Origin: an uncultured delta proteobacterium
GTDB taxonomy: Bacteria; Myxococcota_A; UBA9160; UBA4427
DNA length: 64,000 nt
Direction of reading: 5' to 3'
NCBI GenBank assembly: GCA_963822965.1
Contig: CAWGJT010000015.1
Span: 64,001 to 128,000, forward strand
Numbering within the stretch: position 1 is the stretch's first letter; each line of letters opens with the position of its first letter. The position numbers and the translations under genes are program-made. A model generated the notes under the pieces. The model was not told the DNA's origin, ran no database searches, and saw only the letters and a program-made list of their open reading frames with translations. Shown here one piece after another: positions 18,191-27,704 of the stretch.

Positions 18191-19285
18191 ATGACGTCGA
18201 TCGAGCGCCTGGCCGGGGACTACACCGAGGCCCGGGCCGCCTTCCTGGCGGCGGCCACCGATGCGGGCGCCGAGCTCCACCACGAGCCTCACCCTGCCCG
18301 AGGCCCGGACGGCGAGGCGCTCTTCCTCGACACGGCCTGGCTCGGAAGCCACGACGCGCGCCGGGTGGCCGTGATCGTCTCGGCTACCCACGGCGTCGAG
18401 GGCTTTGCGGGCTCGGCCCTGCAGACGACCTGGCTGCGCTCGGGTCCGGAGCCCGGCCTTCCCGCCGGCACGGCGGCACTGCTCGTACACGCCCTGAACC
18501 CGTACGGATTCGCCTGGACCCGCCGGGTGAACGAGGACAACGTCGACCTGAACCGCAACTTCGTCGACTTCGGGGCCCCGCTGCCCGAGAACCCGGGCTA
18601 CGCGGAGGTCGCCGACCTGCTGGTGCCCGAGCATTGGGATGCGGACACCCAGGCCCGCAGCCTGCAGGCGCTGCTCGAGTTCGCGGGACGGGTCGGCATG
18701 GAGCGCATGCAGGAGGTCGTGAGCTCGGGGCAGTACACGCATCCCGCCGGGATCTTCTACGGCGGCACGGCGCCGTCGTGGTCTCATCGCGAGCTCCGGA
18801 AGCTGTGCAGCCGCGATCTCGCCCGCGCCGAACGGATCGCCGTGATCGACCTCCACACCGGCCTCGGACCCCGCGGCCACGGGGAGCTGCTCTGCTCCGA
18901 GGCGCCCGGAAGCCCGGCCTGCGAGCGGGCCCGGGCCTGGTACGGCGACGACCTCAAGGTGCTGGCCACCGGGGAATCCGTCTCGGCGCTGCTCACGGGC
19001 GAGTGGGTCGCAAGGCTCCCCGACTGGCTGCCCCACACGGAGGTGACGGCCATCGCGATCGAGTACGGCACCACCGAGCTGATCGCCGTGCTGATGGCCC
19101 TGCGCGCCGACGCCTGGCTGCACGGCCACGGCGATCCCAGCGGGCCCGACGCCCCGGCCATCCGCTCCGCCGTGCGCGCCGCCTTCGCGGACGAGGCCCC
19201 GGACTGGATGGACGCCCTGTGGCCGCGCTTCCAGCAGGTGCTCGCAACGGCGCTCGCCCGCCTGGCCTCGCCCCGATCGCCGTGA
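18191..19285 (+). CDS. DUF2817 / M14-family metallopeptidase-like protein
   Basis: SATHGVEGFAGS, HALNPYGFAW.RRVNEDNVDLNRNF, IDLHTGLG, IEYGT. Confidence 0.88.
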   Translation: MTSIERLAGDYTEARAAFLAAATDAGAELHHEPHPARGPDGEALFLDTAWLGSHDARRVAVIVSATHGVEGFAGSALQTTWLRSGPEPGLPAGTAALLVHALNPYGFAWTRRVNEDNVDLNRNFVDFGAPLPENPGYAEVADLLVPEHWDADTQARSLQALLEFAGRVGMERMQEVVSSGQYTHPAGIFYGGTAPSWSHRELRKLCSRDLARAERIAVIDLHTGLGPRGHGELLCSEAPGSPACERARAWYGDDLKVLATGESVSALLTGEWVARLPDWLPHTEVTAIAIEYGTTELIAVLMALRADAWLHGHGDPSGPDAPAIRSAVRAAFADEAPDWMDALWPRFQQVLATALARLASPRSP

Positions 19286-19301
19286 CGGATCGGGGCGAGG
19301 C
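19265..19301. terminator. 14-bp perfect stem-loop between convergent genes
   Basis: GCCTCGCCCCGATC-N9-GATCGGGGCGAGGC; no U-tract. Confidence 0.45.
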
Positions 19302-19392
19302 GGCGGAGAGCCGGCGTCGACCGGGCGGCCTCGGTGCGATCGAGACCCGCTGCCATCGAGCGGATCCGACGCCGAACTTCTGACTCAGGACA

Positions 19393-20739
19393 CTAGAAGA
19401 CGATCTGGGCGCGACCCGTGAAGGCGTGCGTCTGCTCGTTGCGGCCGTTCAAGGTGATCGCGCTGTTGGGCGAGACGTCGCCGAAGATGTAGTTGAAGCG
19501 GAACAGGATGTTCGGGTTCACCCACCAGTTGACGCCGAAGGTCACGTCGTCTTCGCGACCGCCCTGCACACCGTTGCTCTGGAGATCGATGCTGCTGAAG
19601 CGGGCGGCCAGCTCCCAGGCGCCGTACGCGTGCAGCGGCGTGACCCCCTTGTAGCTCCCGCTCTTCACGTCGTAGTTGCGCGACTCCCCGGTCAGGAAGA
19701 CGCCCGTCTGGACGTACCAGCCGTAGAACTCCGGGTTGCGCGCGTTGCCGAGGGTGACCTCCGCGGCGGTGAACTCCCCCTGTGCGTGGAACGGGCCCAG
19801 CACCAGCGAGGTGTCGAAGTCCCACTGCAGCGTTTCGTTGGCGTTCACGAGCTCGCCGGTGTCCACGAGCTTCGCGCCCGCGAGGTGCGCCTCGGGACGA
19901 TCCGAATACTCGAGCTCACTGGCGCTCTCGAAGTTGCGGTAGTAGAGCGAGCCACCGAAGGTGAGCACCTTCGTCTTCTCCGCCATCGGCGCCCACACCG
20001 CGCGGCCCGCAGCGCCCCAGTCGCTGTTCTTCGAGCCCGCGCTGGAGACGCCCTGACCGAAGAAGCCCGTGTAGACGTTCCAGTGCTCCCCGTACGAGCC
20101 GAGGACGACGCCCAGGCGCCGGCGACCCTCCTCGTCGTTGTCGATGAAGGCGTCGGGCAGGGCGCGCTCCTGGAAGACCTGGAAGTTCGAGCTCGTCATC
20201 GACTGCTGGCCGAACGGCACCTTCTGGTGGCCGATGGTGACGGTGAAGGGCTTGAAGCCCGCGTACCGCAGCCAGCCGTCGGTGATCGAGACCTCCGAGT
20301 TGGTGTCGAAGTTCACCTCGAGCTTGTAGTTCCAGTCGCTGTAGACGGTGCCGTAGGACTTGATGCGCGCGCGCCGGATCTCGATGCCGTCGCCGAGCTG
20401 CGTGCGGTCGTTGATGAAGACCGCGGCGTCCGTCTGCAGGCGACCGCCGAACGCGAACACGAACGCGCCGTCGGCGGACTCGATCGCCAGCCCCTTGTGG
20501 TTCACGCGAACCTTGAAGTCCGGCCCCTCGTCGGCCTTCGGCTCCTCCTCGGCGGCCGCGGCGGACACGGGCGCCGGAGCGTCCTCCTTCAGGCCGTCCC
20601 GCTCCTCCGCGGTGATGACCCCCTTCTCGAGCAGTAGGTCCTCGAGAGACTTCTCCTCGGCCGCAGCCACCTGCGACACGGCGACGGTCGAGAGTGACAC
20701 GAGCAAGGCGATGGTTCGCACGACTCGGTTCTGCAACAC
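19393..20739 (-). CDS. OprO/OprP-family phosphate-selective porin
   Basis: GGRLQTDAA, EIRRARI, FQERAL, YSDRPEAH, FLTGESRNY, GAWELAARFS, terminal Phe; alternative start at 20781. Confidence 0.9.
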   Translation of the reverse strand: MLQNRVVRTIALLVSLSTVAVSQVAAAEEKSLEDLLLEKGVITAEERDGLKEDAPAPVSAAAAEEEPKADEGPDFKVRVNHKGLAIESADGAFVFAFGGRLQTDAAVFINDRTQLGDGIEIRRARIKSYGTVYSDWNYKLEVNFDTNSEVSITDGWLRYAGFKPFTVTIGHQKVPFGQQSMTSSNFQVFQERALPDAFIDNDEEGRRRLGVVLGSYGEHWNVYTGFFGQGVSSAGSKNSDWGAAGRAVWAPMAEKTKVLTFGGSLYYRNFESASELEYSDRPEAHLAGAKLVDTGELVNANETLQWDFDTSLVLGPFHAQGEFTAAEVTLGNARNPEFYGWYVQTGVFLTGESRNYDVKSGSYKGVTPLHAYGAWELAARFSSIDLQSNGVQGGREDDVTFGVNWWVNPNILFRFNYIFGDVSPNSAITLNGRNEQTHAFTGRAQIVF

Positions 20740-20806
20740 GGGTCCCCCCCATTCGTTGCCCGGATGTAGCCGGACGTTCACGGGGGCGCATGCTACTCCT
20801 GCGATT

Positions 20807-20886
20807 GCGACGGTTTGGTGACAGAAACGGGTCGTTTTCGCAGAAGGCGGAGAAATTCAGCCCATTCCGTGACGCGGTTTTGACAC
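20807..20886 (-). promoter_or_regulatory. Two Pho-box-like 11-bp-period direct repeats upstream of the porin
   Basis: Minus strand CTGTCACCAAACCGTCGC (20824-20807) and GTGTCAAAACCGCGTCAC (20886-20869); -10-like TAGCAT 11 nt downstream of the proximal box. Confidence 0.6.
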
Positions 20887-20922
20887 GGGCCGGGCTCCGG
20901 CGTGGGCTCGGTGACGGATCGC

Positions 20923-23226
20923 TCACGGAGAACCCGCTGGAGATCCGGTCGGATGCGGGGGGACGGAGCCGCCCTCCCCCGTCGGCGCGGCGGCCGAGCC
21001 GGGTCCGGCGCCCGCTTCCGGGACCGGGCCGAAGTAGCCCAGCGCCTCGAGCTGGGCTTCGCGCTCGGGGTCGAGCAGCCCCTCGTCCGGCGGCCCGACC
21101 ACCACCGGGGCGGCCCGCTGCAGGGCCGCGGCGCGGGCGGCCGTTCGCGCCTCGTAGCCGTCCAGCAGCTCGCGCAGGTCCCGAACGGCCTCGGGATCCG
21201 CGGCGTAGAGGTCGTGCTCCTCGCCGGGGTCGCTCGCCAGGTCGTAGTAGGCGTAGCGCGGACCGTCGGGGCCGCGGAAGCGGATGAGCTTGCGGTCGCC
21301 CAGGCGCACGCTGAACGTGGGCGGCACGATGCGCGCGGCGGCCCCGCGACCGAAGCCGGCGCCTCCCCAGGCCTCGCTGTAGATCGGACGCGGCGGGATG
21401 CCGGCGTCCGGCGCGTCGCCGCGGACGAGCCCCGCGAAGCTGCGGCCTTCGATGCCGGCCGGCGCCGGGGCCCCCATCAGCTCGAGCAGGGTGGGCATCA
21501 GGTCGACCAGACCCACCGGGGTGTCGACGCGGCGGCCGCCGGGAACGCCCGGCCCGCGGAACACGAGCGGAACCCGCAGCACCTCGTCGTGGATGTCCGG
21601 ACCGTGGCCGAGATAGCCGTGCTCGAGGAAGCCCTCGCCGTGGTCGGACGTGAAGACGACCAGCGTGTCGTCGAGCCAGCCGCGCGCCTCCAGCCGCCCG
21701 AAGAAGTCGGCCAGGCGATCGTCGCTGTAGCGGATCTCGCGATCGTAGCGATCCGGGTGCCAGTCGCTGGGAAGCCCGGGCGCGAGGGAGACGCCCGGGG
21801 CCGGCTCGCGAAACAGATCCGCGTAGGCCGCGGGCGGCGCGTACGGCGTGTGCACCTGATAGCTGTGCACGAAGAGGAAGAACCGCTCGGCGGCGTGCCG
21901 CTCGAGCCACGCCTCCGCCCGGGCGAGGGTCGCCTCGATGTGTCCCACCGTCGTCGGGGCGCCCGGCCCGTGGGCGCCGATCTCGCTGTACTCTGCGAAG
22001 CCGCGCCCGAAGCCCAGCGGGCGCGACATGGCGCCGACCTCGAGGACGGCGCCCGTCGCCACCCGCTGTGCGCGCAGCACCTCGGCCAGGGTCTCGGCGC
22101 TGCCCGGCAACGGCTCGAAGGCCCGGTTGCTGCGCACGCCGTGCACCGACGGAAGCAGCGACGTGAACATCGTCATGTGCGAGGGCGCCGTCGTGGTGGC
22201 GGCCGTGACGACCCGATCGAAGACCACCCCGGGCCGGGCCAGCGCGCGGTCGATGAACGGCGCGGTGTCGCGCCCGTAGCCGTAGGTCGGCAGATGGTCC
22301 GCGCGCAGGGTATCGAGGGAGACGAGCAGGAGATTCATCCCGGAGGACGGCGCCGGGGCCAGCACCGTCGGGTTGGACCAGACCGGCAGGCTGAAGGCGC
22401 CGAGCGCCTGGGAGTCCGGGCGCGCGGCGAAGCGGAACGAGACCGTCCTTCCCGAGAGCGACGCGAGCGACAGCGTCCGGTCCTGCCAGCGTCTGCCACC
22501 CGCCTGGCGGGGATCGAGCGATTCCTCGAGCAGCGGCTCGCAATCGCCGTCCCGACACGCCTCCACGCGGAAGCGCACCGGCCCCTGCGGCCAGGCGGGC
22601 TCGAGGACGCCGAAGCCGAGCGCCAGGGTCGCCGCCGCCGGAATCTCCAGGGGCTGCGTCTCCTCGACCGGCACCACCCGCGGCACGACGGTGCCGTGCA
22701 CCCGCAGCCGGATGCTTCGCCCGGCCACGGGACCGCCGTCGAACAGGGCCAGCGCGACGGCCTGCTCCCCCTTGCCTTCGATGCGCCCGATGATCGGCGG
22801 CAGGGGATGCCAGCGCGGCGGCGGCCGGTGTCCGCGTCCCCGCTCGAGCGGCATGCGCTGCACGTACGCGCGCAGGGCGATGCGTTCGGCGTCCACCTCC
22901 AGACCGGGCAGCGGGATCTCGAGGAAGAGCCTGCCGTTGCGGGGAACGTCCTGCTCGCGTTCCGCGATCAGGGTGAGCGGCGGAAACGCGCGCAGCACGT
23001 AGCGCGTCTCGTTCCCGAGGGTCGCCGACTCGGGCTCCACGCCCACGCCCCGGTCGACGAAGCGGGCGACGGCGCGGAGCTGTCGGGCGACGTCCGCGCC
23101 GTCCCCCACGGGCGCTCGCACGGAGGTGGCGTCGCCGCAGGCGAGCGCGACGAGGGCGAGGGCGCAGGCGAGGCACGGCGGCGGGCTCGCGGTGCCGGCG
23201 AGGACGCGCCCGACCAGGCGGATCAT
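20923..23226 (-). CDS. Sulfatase-family protein with long N-terminal extension
   Basis: NLLLVSLDTLRADHL, TTAPSHMTMFTS, FLFVHSYQVHTPY, TSDHGEGFLEHG..GHG. Confidence 0.88.
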   Translation of the reverse strand: MIRLVGRVLAGTASPPPCLACALALVALACGDATSVRAPVGDGADVARQLRAVARFVDRGVGVEPESATLGNETRYVLRAFPPLTLIAEREQDVPRNGRLFLEIPLPGLEVDAERIALRAYVQRMPLERGRGHRPPPRWHPLPPIIGRIEGKGEQAVALALFDGGPVAGRSIRLRVHGTVVPRVVPVEETQPLEIPAAATLALGFGVLEPAWPQGPVRFRVEACRDGDCEPLLEESLDPRQAGGRRWQDRTLSLASLSGRTVSFRFAARPDSQALGAFSLPVWSNPTVLAPAPSSGMNLLLVSLDTLRADHLPTYGYGRDTAPFIDRALARPGVVFDRVVTAATTTAPSHMTMFTSLLPSVHGVRSNRAFEPLPGSAETLAEVLRAQRVATGAVLEVGAMSRPLGFGRGFAEYSEIGAHGPGAPTTVGHIEATLARAEAWLERHAAERFFLFVHSYQVHTPYAPPAAYADLFREPAPGVSLAPGLPSDWHPDRYDREIRYSDDRLADFFGRLEARGWLDDTLVVFTSDHGEGFLEHGYLGHGPDIHDEVLRVPLVFRGPGVPGGRRVDTPVGLVDLMPTLLELMGAPAPAGIEGRSFAGLVRGDAPDAGIPPRPIYSEAWGGAGFGRGAAARIVPPTFSVRLGDRKLIRFRGPDGPRYAYYDLASDPGEEHDLYAADPEAVRDLRELLDGYEARTAARAAALQRAAPVVVGPPDEGLLDPEREAQLEALGYFGPVPEAGAGPGSAAAPTGEGGSVPPHPTGSPAGSP

Positions 23227-23370
23227 GGGGCGAACGTAGCAGGAGCCCGTCCTGCGCCCTCCGGAGCCGCGCGCGGCGTGCCGCACTTGACACCCCACCG
23301 CGCCGATCCGAACCTCGTTCATCGGTTCGAGCCTGTGGACGGGCCGGGCCGAGCGAGCGGGGGGAGCCGG

Positions 23371-24708
23371 ATGACGAACGCCAGGCGCGCAGACGACGAC
23401 GGCACCCGGCGCGGATCCCTGCCGCAGGTCGAGGCGAGCGCCCGCCTGCCCCTCGAGGCACCGGCCCTGCTGGAGCGCTACGTCCGGGTGCGGGCCGCCA
23501 CCGAAGAGCTGGCCGAGCCGCTCTCGCCCGAAGACCAGTGCCTGCAATCGTCCCCGTTCGCGAGCCCCACCAAGTGGCATCTCGCGCACACGAGCTGGTA
23601 CTTCGAGACCTTCGTGCTGGCCTCGCTCGACCCGGACTACACGCCCTTCCACCCGCGCTTCGGCTACCTCTTCAACTCCTACTATCACACCGTCGGCGCC
23701 ATGCACGCCCGGCCCGAGCGCGGGCTGCTGTCGCGCCCGAGCGTGGCGGAGGTGATGGCCTACCGGCGTCACGTCGACGACGCCGTCCAGCGCGAGCTGG
23801 CCGAGGGACGCCTGTCCCGGGAGATCCGGGGACTGCTCGAGCTGGGCATCCACCACGAGCAGCAGCACCAGGAGCTCATCCTCACGGACATCAAGCACGC
23901 CTTCTCGGGCAATCCGCTGCGCCCGGCGTATCGCGCGCCGCGTCCGCGTGCGAACCCGCCGCCGCTCTCGCCCCTGCGCTTCTTCGAGCACGAGGCGGGG
24001 CTCTTCGAGACCGGTCACGCGGGGGACGGCTTCGCGTTCGACAACGAGCGGCCGCGGCATCCCGTCTACCTCGAAGCCTTCGCGCTGGCGTCCCGGCCGG
24101 CCAGCTGCGGCGAGTACCGGGCCTTCATGGACGACGGCGGCTACGAGCGCCCCGAGCTCTGGCTCTCCGACGGCTGGGACACGGTGTGCCGGGAGGGCTG
24201 GCGGGCACCCGGCTACTGGGAACGCGAGCCGGAGGGGGGCGACTGGCAGCTCCTCACCCTGCACGGCCCGCGGCGCGTCTACGCGGACGAGCCCGTCACC
24301 CACGTGAGCTTCTACGAGGCGGACGCCTTCGCGCGCTGGTCGGACGCCCGCCTGCCCGGCGAGGCGGAGTGGGAGGTCGCGGCGCACGGCCAGCCCCTGC
24401 AGGGCAACTTCGTGGAGTCCGGCGTCCTGCATCCGCGGGCGAGCGAGGCGCGACCCGAGGCGGAGAGCCAGCTCTTCGGCGACGTCTGGGAGTGGACGGC
24501 CAGCCCCTACGTGGCCTATCCCGGCTATCGCGCCCCGAGCGGACCCGTCGGCGAGTACAACGGGAAGTTCATGTGCAACCAGCTCGTCCTGCGCGGGGGC
24601 TCGTGCGTGACGCCTCGCTCCCACGTGCGGGCGAGCTACCGCAACTTCTTCCAGCCGGAAACGCGCTGGCAGTTCTCGGGCATCCGTCTGGCAAGAGATC
24701 TCGCCTGA
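23371..24708 (+). CDS. egtB: Ergothioneine biosynthesis sulfoxide synthase EgtB
   Basis: ASPTKWHLAHTSWYFETF, LFNSYY, RPERGLLSRP, HHEQQHQELILTDIKH, GEYNGKFMCNQ, RWQFSGIRLA. Confidence 0.95.
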   Translation: MTNARRADDDGTRRGSLPQVEASARLPLEAPALLERYVRVRAATEELAEPLSPEDQCLQSSPFASPTKWHLAHTSWYFETFVLASLDPDYTPFHPRFGYLFNSYYHTVGAMHARPERGLLSRPSVAEVMAYRRHVDDAVQRELAEGRLSREIRGLLELGIHHEQQHQELILTDIKHAFSGNPLRPAYRAPRPRANPPPLSPLRFFEHEAGLFETGHAGDGFAFDNERPRHPVYLEAFALASRPASCGEYRAFMDDGGYERPELWLSDGWDTVCREGWRAPGYWEREPEGGDWQLLTLHGPRRVYADEPVTHVSFYEADAFARWSDARLPGEAEWEVAAHGQPLQGNFVESGVLHPRASEARPEAESQLFGDVWEWTASPYVAYPGYRAPSGPVGEYNGKFMCNQLVLRGGSCVTPRSHVRASYRNFFQPETRWQFSGIRLARDLA

Positions 24709-24857
24709 TCCGATCGCGGCCGATTTCGTCACCATCCGCCCGCCCGGGCGAACTCCCAGGAGCCACGACCGCGCCCGGCAGCCCTCCGGGACGGGCGTGG
24801 TAGACTGCTGCCCCTCTCGGGAGACCGGAAGCCCCGTCGACCGAGCAAGCGACCGCG

Positions 24858-25475
24858 ATGCCCGCCGAAAACGACCCGACGAACTCCGACGAGAGCGAAG
24901 CCGACCCGCGTCCCGCAACGCCGGGGCCGCCCCGGCCCGGTCTGCTCGCCCGCGCGCACGCCGCCTTCCGGAACCCCGCGAACCGCTTCGTGGTGCTCTT
25001 CCTCGTCTTCCTCGCGGCCCTCGCCTTCTTCTATCCGAAGGTGAGCCTGCGCTACTCGGACGCCGTCGATTGGATGACCCGGGCGACGGCCACTCTCAGC
25101 GCCGCCGTCTTCGAGCCCTTCTCCGACAAGGTGCAGCAGAAGGGCAAGATGGTGATCTTCGGCGGCTTCGCGGTGGAGATCATCGAGGAGTGCACGGGCC
25201 TCTACGAGATGCTGATCTACGCCGCCGCGGTGCTGGCGTTCCCCACGAGCCTCGTGAAGAAGGCGATCGGCATCGGCATGGGCGCCCCGCTGCTCTACGC
25301 GACGAACGTCGCCCGCATCGCCTTCCTGCTGTGGGTCGGTCGCTTCCACCCCGCGATCTTCGACTTCATGCACCTCTACTTCTGGCAGGCCACGTTGATC
25401 CTGATGATCACGTCGGTCTGGTTGCTCTGGATCTTCAAGGTGGTGAGAGATGAGGGTCCTGCTCACCCTGCTTAA
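24858..25475 (+). CDS. xrtH: Exosortase H-like protein-sorting enzyme
   Basis: Short multi-TM protein with catalytic Cys-Arg-His: IIEECTG, NVARI, FMHLYFWQA. Confidence 0.75.
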   Translation: MPAENDPTNSDESEADPRPATPGPPRPGLLARAHAAFRNPANRFVVLFLVFLAALAFFYPKVSLRYSDAVDWMTRATATLSAAVFEPFSDKVQQKGKMVIFGGFAVEIIEECTGLYEMLIYAAAVLAFPTSLVKKAIGIGMGAPLLYATNVARIAFLLWVGRFHPAIFDFMHLYFWQATLILMITSVWLLWIFKVVRDEGPAHPA

Positions 25476-25938
25476 GATCGTGGCGGTCAGCGCGCCGCTC
25501 ACCTGGCTCTGGATCACCTGGGGAAAGGAGGCGTACGGGGCGCTCTTCCTGCACCTCTCCATGCCGATCTACGGCCTGCTGGGGCTCACCGAGGTGGTCC
25601 CGGAAGGCGCCCGCGACCGCTTCATCAACTATCTGCCCTTCCTGATCCTGATGATCGTGACCCCGCGGCTCTCCCTGCGGCGGAGGGTGGTGGGCACCGC
25701 GATCGGCTTCGTCGTGATCTTCGCCGTCCACGTCGTGTTCGTATACGTGGCCAGCACCGCCCACCAGGCCGACGGCGCGGCCATGACCCGCCAGGGCTTC
25801 GTCCGGATCGTTCCCGCGAACGCTCTCTGCGACAGCGTCCCGTTCGTGCTCTGGGTGATCTTCGCCAAGGACTTCGTGTGGCAGTCCGTGGCCCGGGTCT
25901 TCGGCCCCGACACCCCCGGGCCCGCGGCCCCCGCGTAG
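25450..25938 (+). CDS. Exosortase-associated membrane protein
   Basis: Overlaps the exosortase gene; about 4 TM segments; LPFLILMIVTP. Confidence 0.65.
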   Translation: MRVLLTLLKIVAVSAPLTWLWITWGKEAYGALFLHLSMPIYGLLGLTEVVPEGARDRFINYLPFLILMIVTPRLSLRRRVVGTAIGFVVIFAVHVVFVYVASTAHQADGAAMTRQGFVRIVPANALCDSVPFVLWVIFAKDFVWQSVARVFGPDTPGPAAPA

Positions 25939-26024
25939 AAGAATTCTCGCCGGGCGCGCTTTTTTCTGACACCCCGGCCCCCGCGAAGCCACTCCCCGAA
26001 CAGAAACATCCCCTTCCCAGGGAA

Positions 26025-26061
26025 GCCCGGAGCGCCAGTCGGCGCTCCGGGCGTTTTGTTT
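26025..26061 (+). terminator. Rho-independent terminator
   Basis: GCCCGGAGCGCC-AGTC-GGCGCTCCGGGC followed by GTTTTGTTT. Confidence 0.8.
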
Positions 26062-26131
26062 CTGGGGCTCGGGCCGCTTTCCGGGGCTCGGGCCGCTTTC
26101 TGGGGCTCGGGCCGTCTTCTGGGGCTCGGGG
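26059..26131. repeat. 19-bp tandem repeat, about 4 units
   Basis: Unit tttctggggctcgggccgc. Confidence 0.9.
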
Positions 26132-26308
26132 TGGGTCTCGGGGCGAGATCCCCGGGGCCCCGGCGCCGACGGACCGGCAGGGCGCTGTCATCGAGTGGGG
26201 GCCTGACACATCAGCGTTCGGCGAACCACGTATTCCCGAACTGCGGTTGCTGGCGCCCGGGACGCGGATCCCGGATCGAGCGACTGCCCGGCAAGGACCG
26301 AGCCCCCG

Positions 26309-27133
26309 ATGCGAACCCGACTGCGAACGCTGCTGCTCCGGCTCTCCTGCTCGTACGGCGTGCTGGCCGCATCGCTGCTGGCCGCGAGCGCCGCGCAGGC
26401 TTCGCCGGCCCTGCCCGTCTCCGACGTGGCCGGCGGCCCCGCGCTCTACGAAGTCTTCAACGCCCTCTCCGGCAACAGCCTGGCCAACAGCGCCGACCTC
26501 GCCGCCTGGGCGGGCCCGGACGACAGCGGCGCCTGGGACGGCGAGCTGTGGCACGGCGGCATGGGCTCGGTGGCGATCGCCATCAGCACGAGTGCCGGCA
26601 ACTCGAACTACTTCGGCCTCTACCGCGACACCGAGACCGGCGACGGCAAGCTGACCCTCTACGGCTCGGTGTCGGGCAACGAGATGCTCGGGCCGGTCTT
26701 CGACGCGGAGTACCTGTTCCACGACGAGGCTTCGGTGCAGGACGTCGGCTTCTGGCTCTCCAGCACCGGGCGCCGCGGCCAGAACACCTTCCACGGTCGC
26801 TCGGAGCTCGACCACGGCTCGAGCTTCGACCGCGCTGCCTCCCGCTCCCGCCACCACCGTCCATCGTTCCACTTCGGCCACCTCGCCTCCTTCCACTTCG
26901 GCCAGACCGTCAGCGTCCACACGGACGAGGGCGACCTGGAGCTCCGGAACGCCCACCTGCTCGCCTGGGAGGACTGGACGGACGCCGACTACGACGATCT
27001 GATCTTCCTCGTGGGCGAGGCCGGGGCGGACCCGGTCCCGATTCCGGAGCCCGGCACGGGGCTCCTGCTGGTTGCCGGAGTCGTGGCCTGCCTGGCACCC
27101 CGGCGCGGCTCGCGGTCGGCCCAGCGCGCCTGA
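26309..27133 (+). CDS. PEP-CTERM protein with DUF4114-like C-terminal motif
   Basis: Signal peptide; AWEDWTDADYDDLIFLV; IPEPGTGLLLVAGVVACLAPRRG. Confidence 0.85.
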   Translation: MRTRLRTLLLRLSCSYGVLAASLLAASAAQASPALPVSDVAGGPALYEVFNALSGNSLANSADLAAWAGPDDSGAWDGELWHGGMGSVAIAISTSAGNSNYFGLYRDTETGDGKLTLYGSVSGNEMLGPVFDAEYLFHDEASVQDVGFWLSSTGRRGQNTFHGRSELDHGSSFDRAASRSRHHRPSFHFGHLASFHFGQTVSVHTDEGDLELRNAHLLAWEDWTDADYDDLIFLVGEAGADPVPIPEPGTGLLLVAGVVACLAPRRGSRSAQRA

Positions 27134-27192
27134 ATTCCATCCGCGGGGCCCCGGGCGCGCTGCTACGATCGAGCGCTCCACCGGAGGTCTCC

Positions 27193-27495
27193 ATGCCCAA
27201 CGCGTCCCTCACGCTCCTCTTCAAGCTGCTGGTGCTCGTCACCTGGTTCCTCGGCGCGGCGGGCTTCCTGTTCCCGCCGGACACGAGCTTCGGCAGCGCG
27301 GGACGCACCCTCTTCTTCGTGCTGGCCACCGTGCATCTCGTCGAGTGCGGATTCTTCTTCCGCACCCTGCAGCGCACCGGGCGCCCCCTGGGCATGGAGC
27401 TGCTGAACACGCTCCTCTTCGGCGTGGTGCACTTCGCCGAGGCCCGGGTGCTCGCCGAGGCGAACGACCGCGCCGACACGGCCCGCAACGGCTGA
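27193..27495 (+). CDS. Small membrane protein (DUF1145/YhhL-like)
   Basis: GGAGGT RBS; VHLVEC...LLFGVVH. Confidence 0.7.
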   Translation: MPNASLTLLFKLLVLVTWFLGAAGFLFPPDTSFGSAGRTLFFVLATVHLVECGFFFRTLQRTGRPLGMELLNTLLFGVVHFAEARVLAEANDRADTARNG

Positions 27496-27704
27496 TCCGA
27501 GGCGACGAGCTGCGCCAGCCCGGATCATTCATGAAGCTCGTCGCGAGGGCAGCACAGCGCTCCTGACGGATCCGGGCTAGGGTAGGAGCTCCCCGGCGGT
27601 CCCCCCCATCCCGCGCGGCGTCCTGGCCGAGCGGGCGGACACACGAGGCGAGTCCGGTGGCGCGCTCCCACGCGCTCGCCCGCTCGCACGGGATCGCAGC
27701 TGGC

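Noticed and set aside
23371..24708. Selenoneine synthase SenA, given the selenoprotein nearby
   Set aside because: Motifs are typical of EgtB and no senB or senC is adjacent
26251..26265. Sigma-54 promoter upstream of the PEP-CTERM gene
   Set aside because: Only GG-N10-GC matches; expected by chance at this GC content
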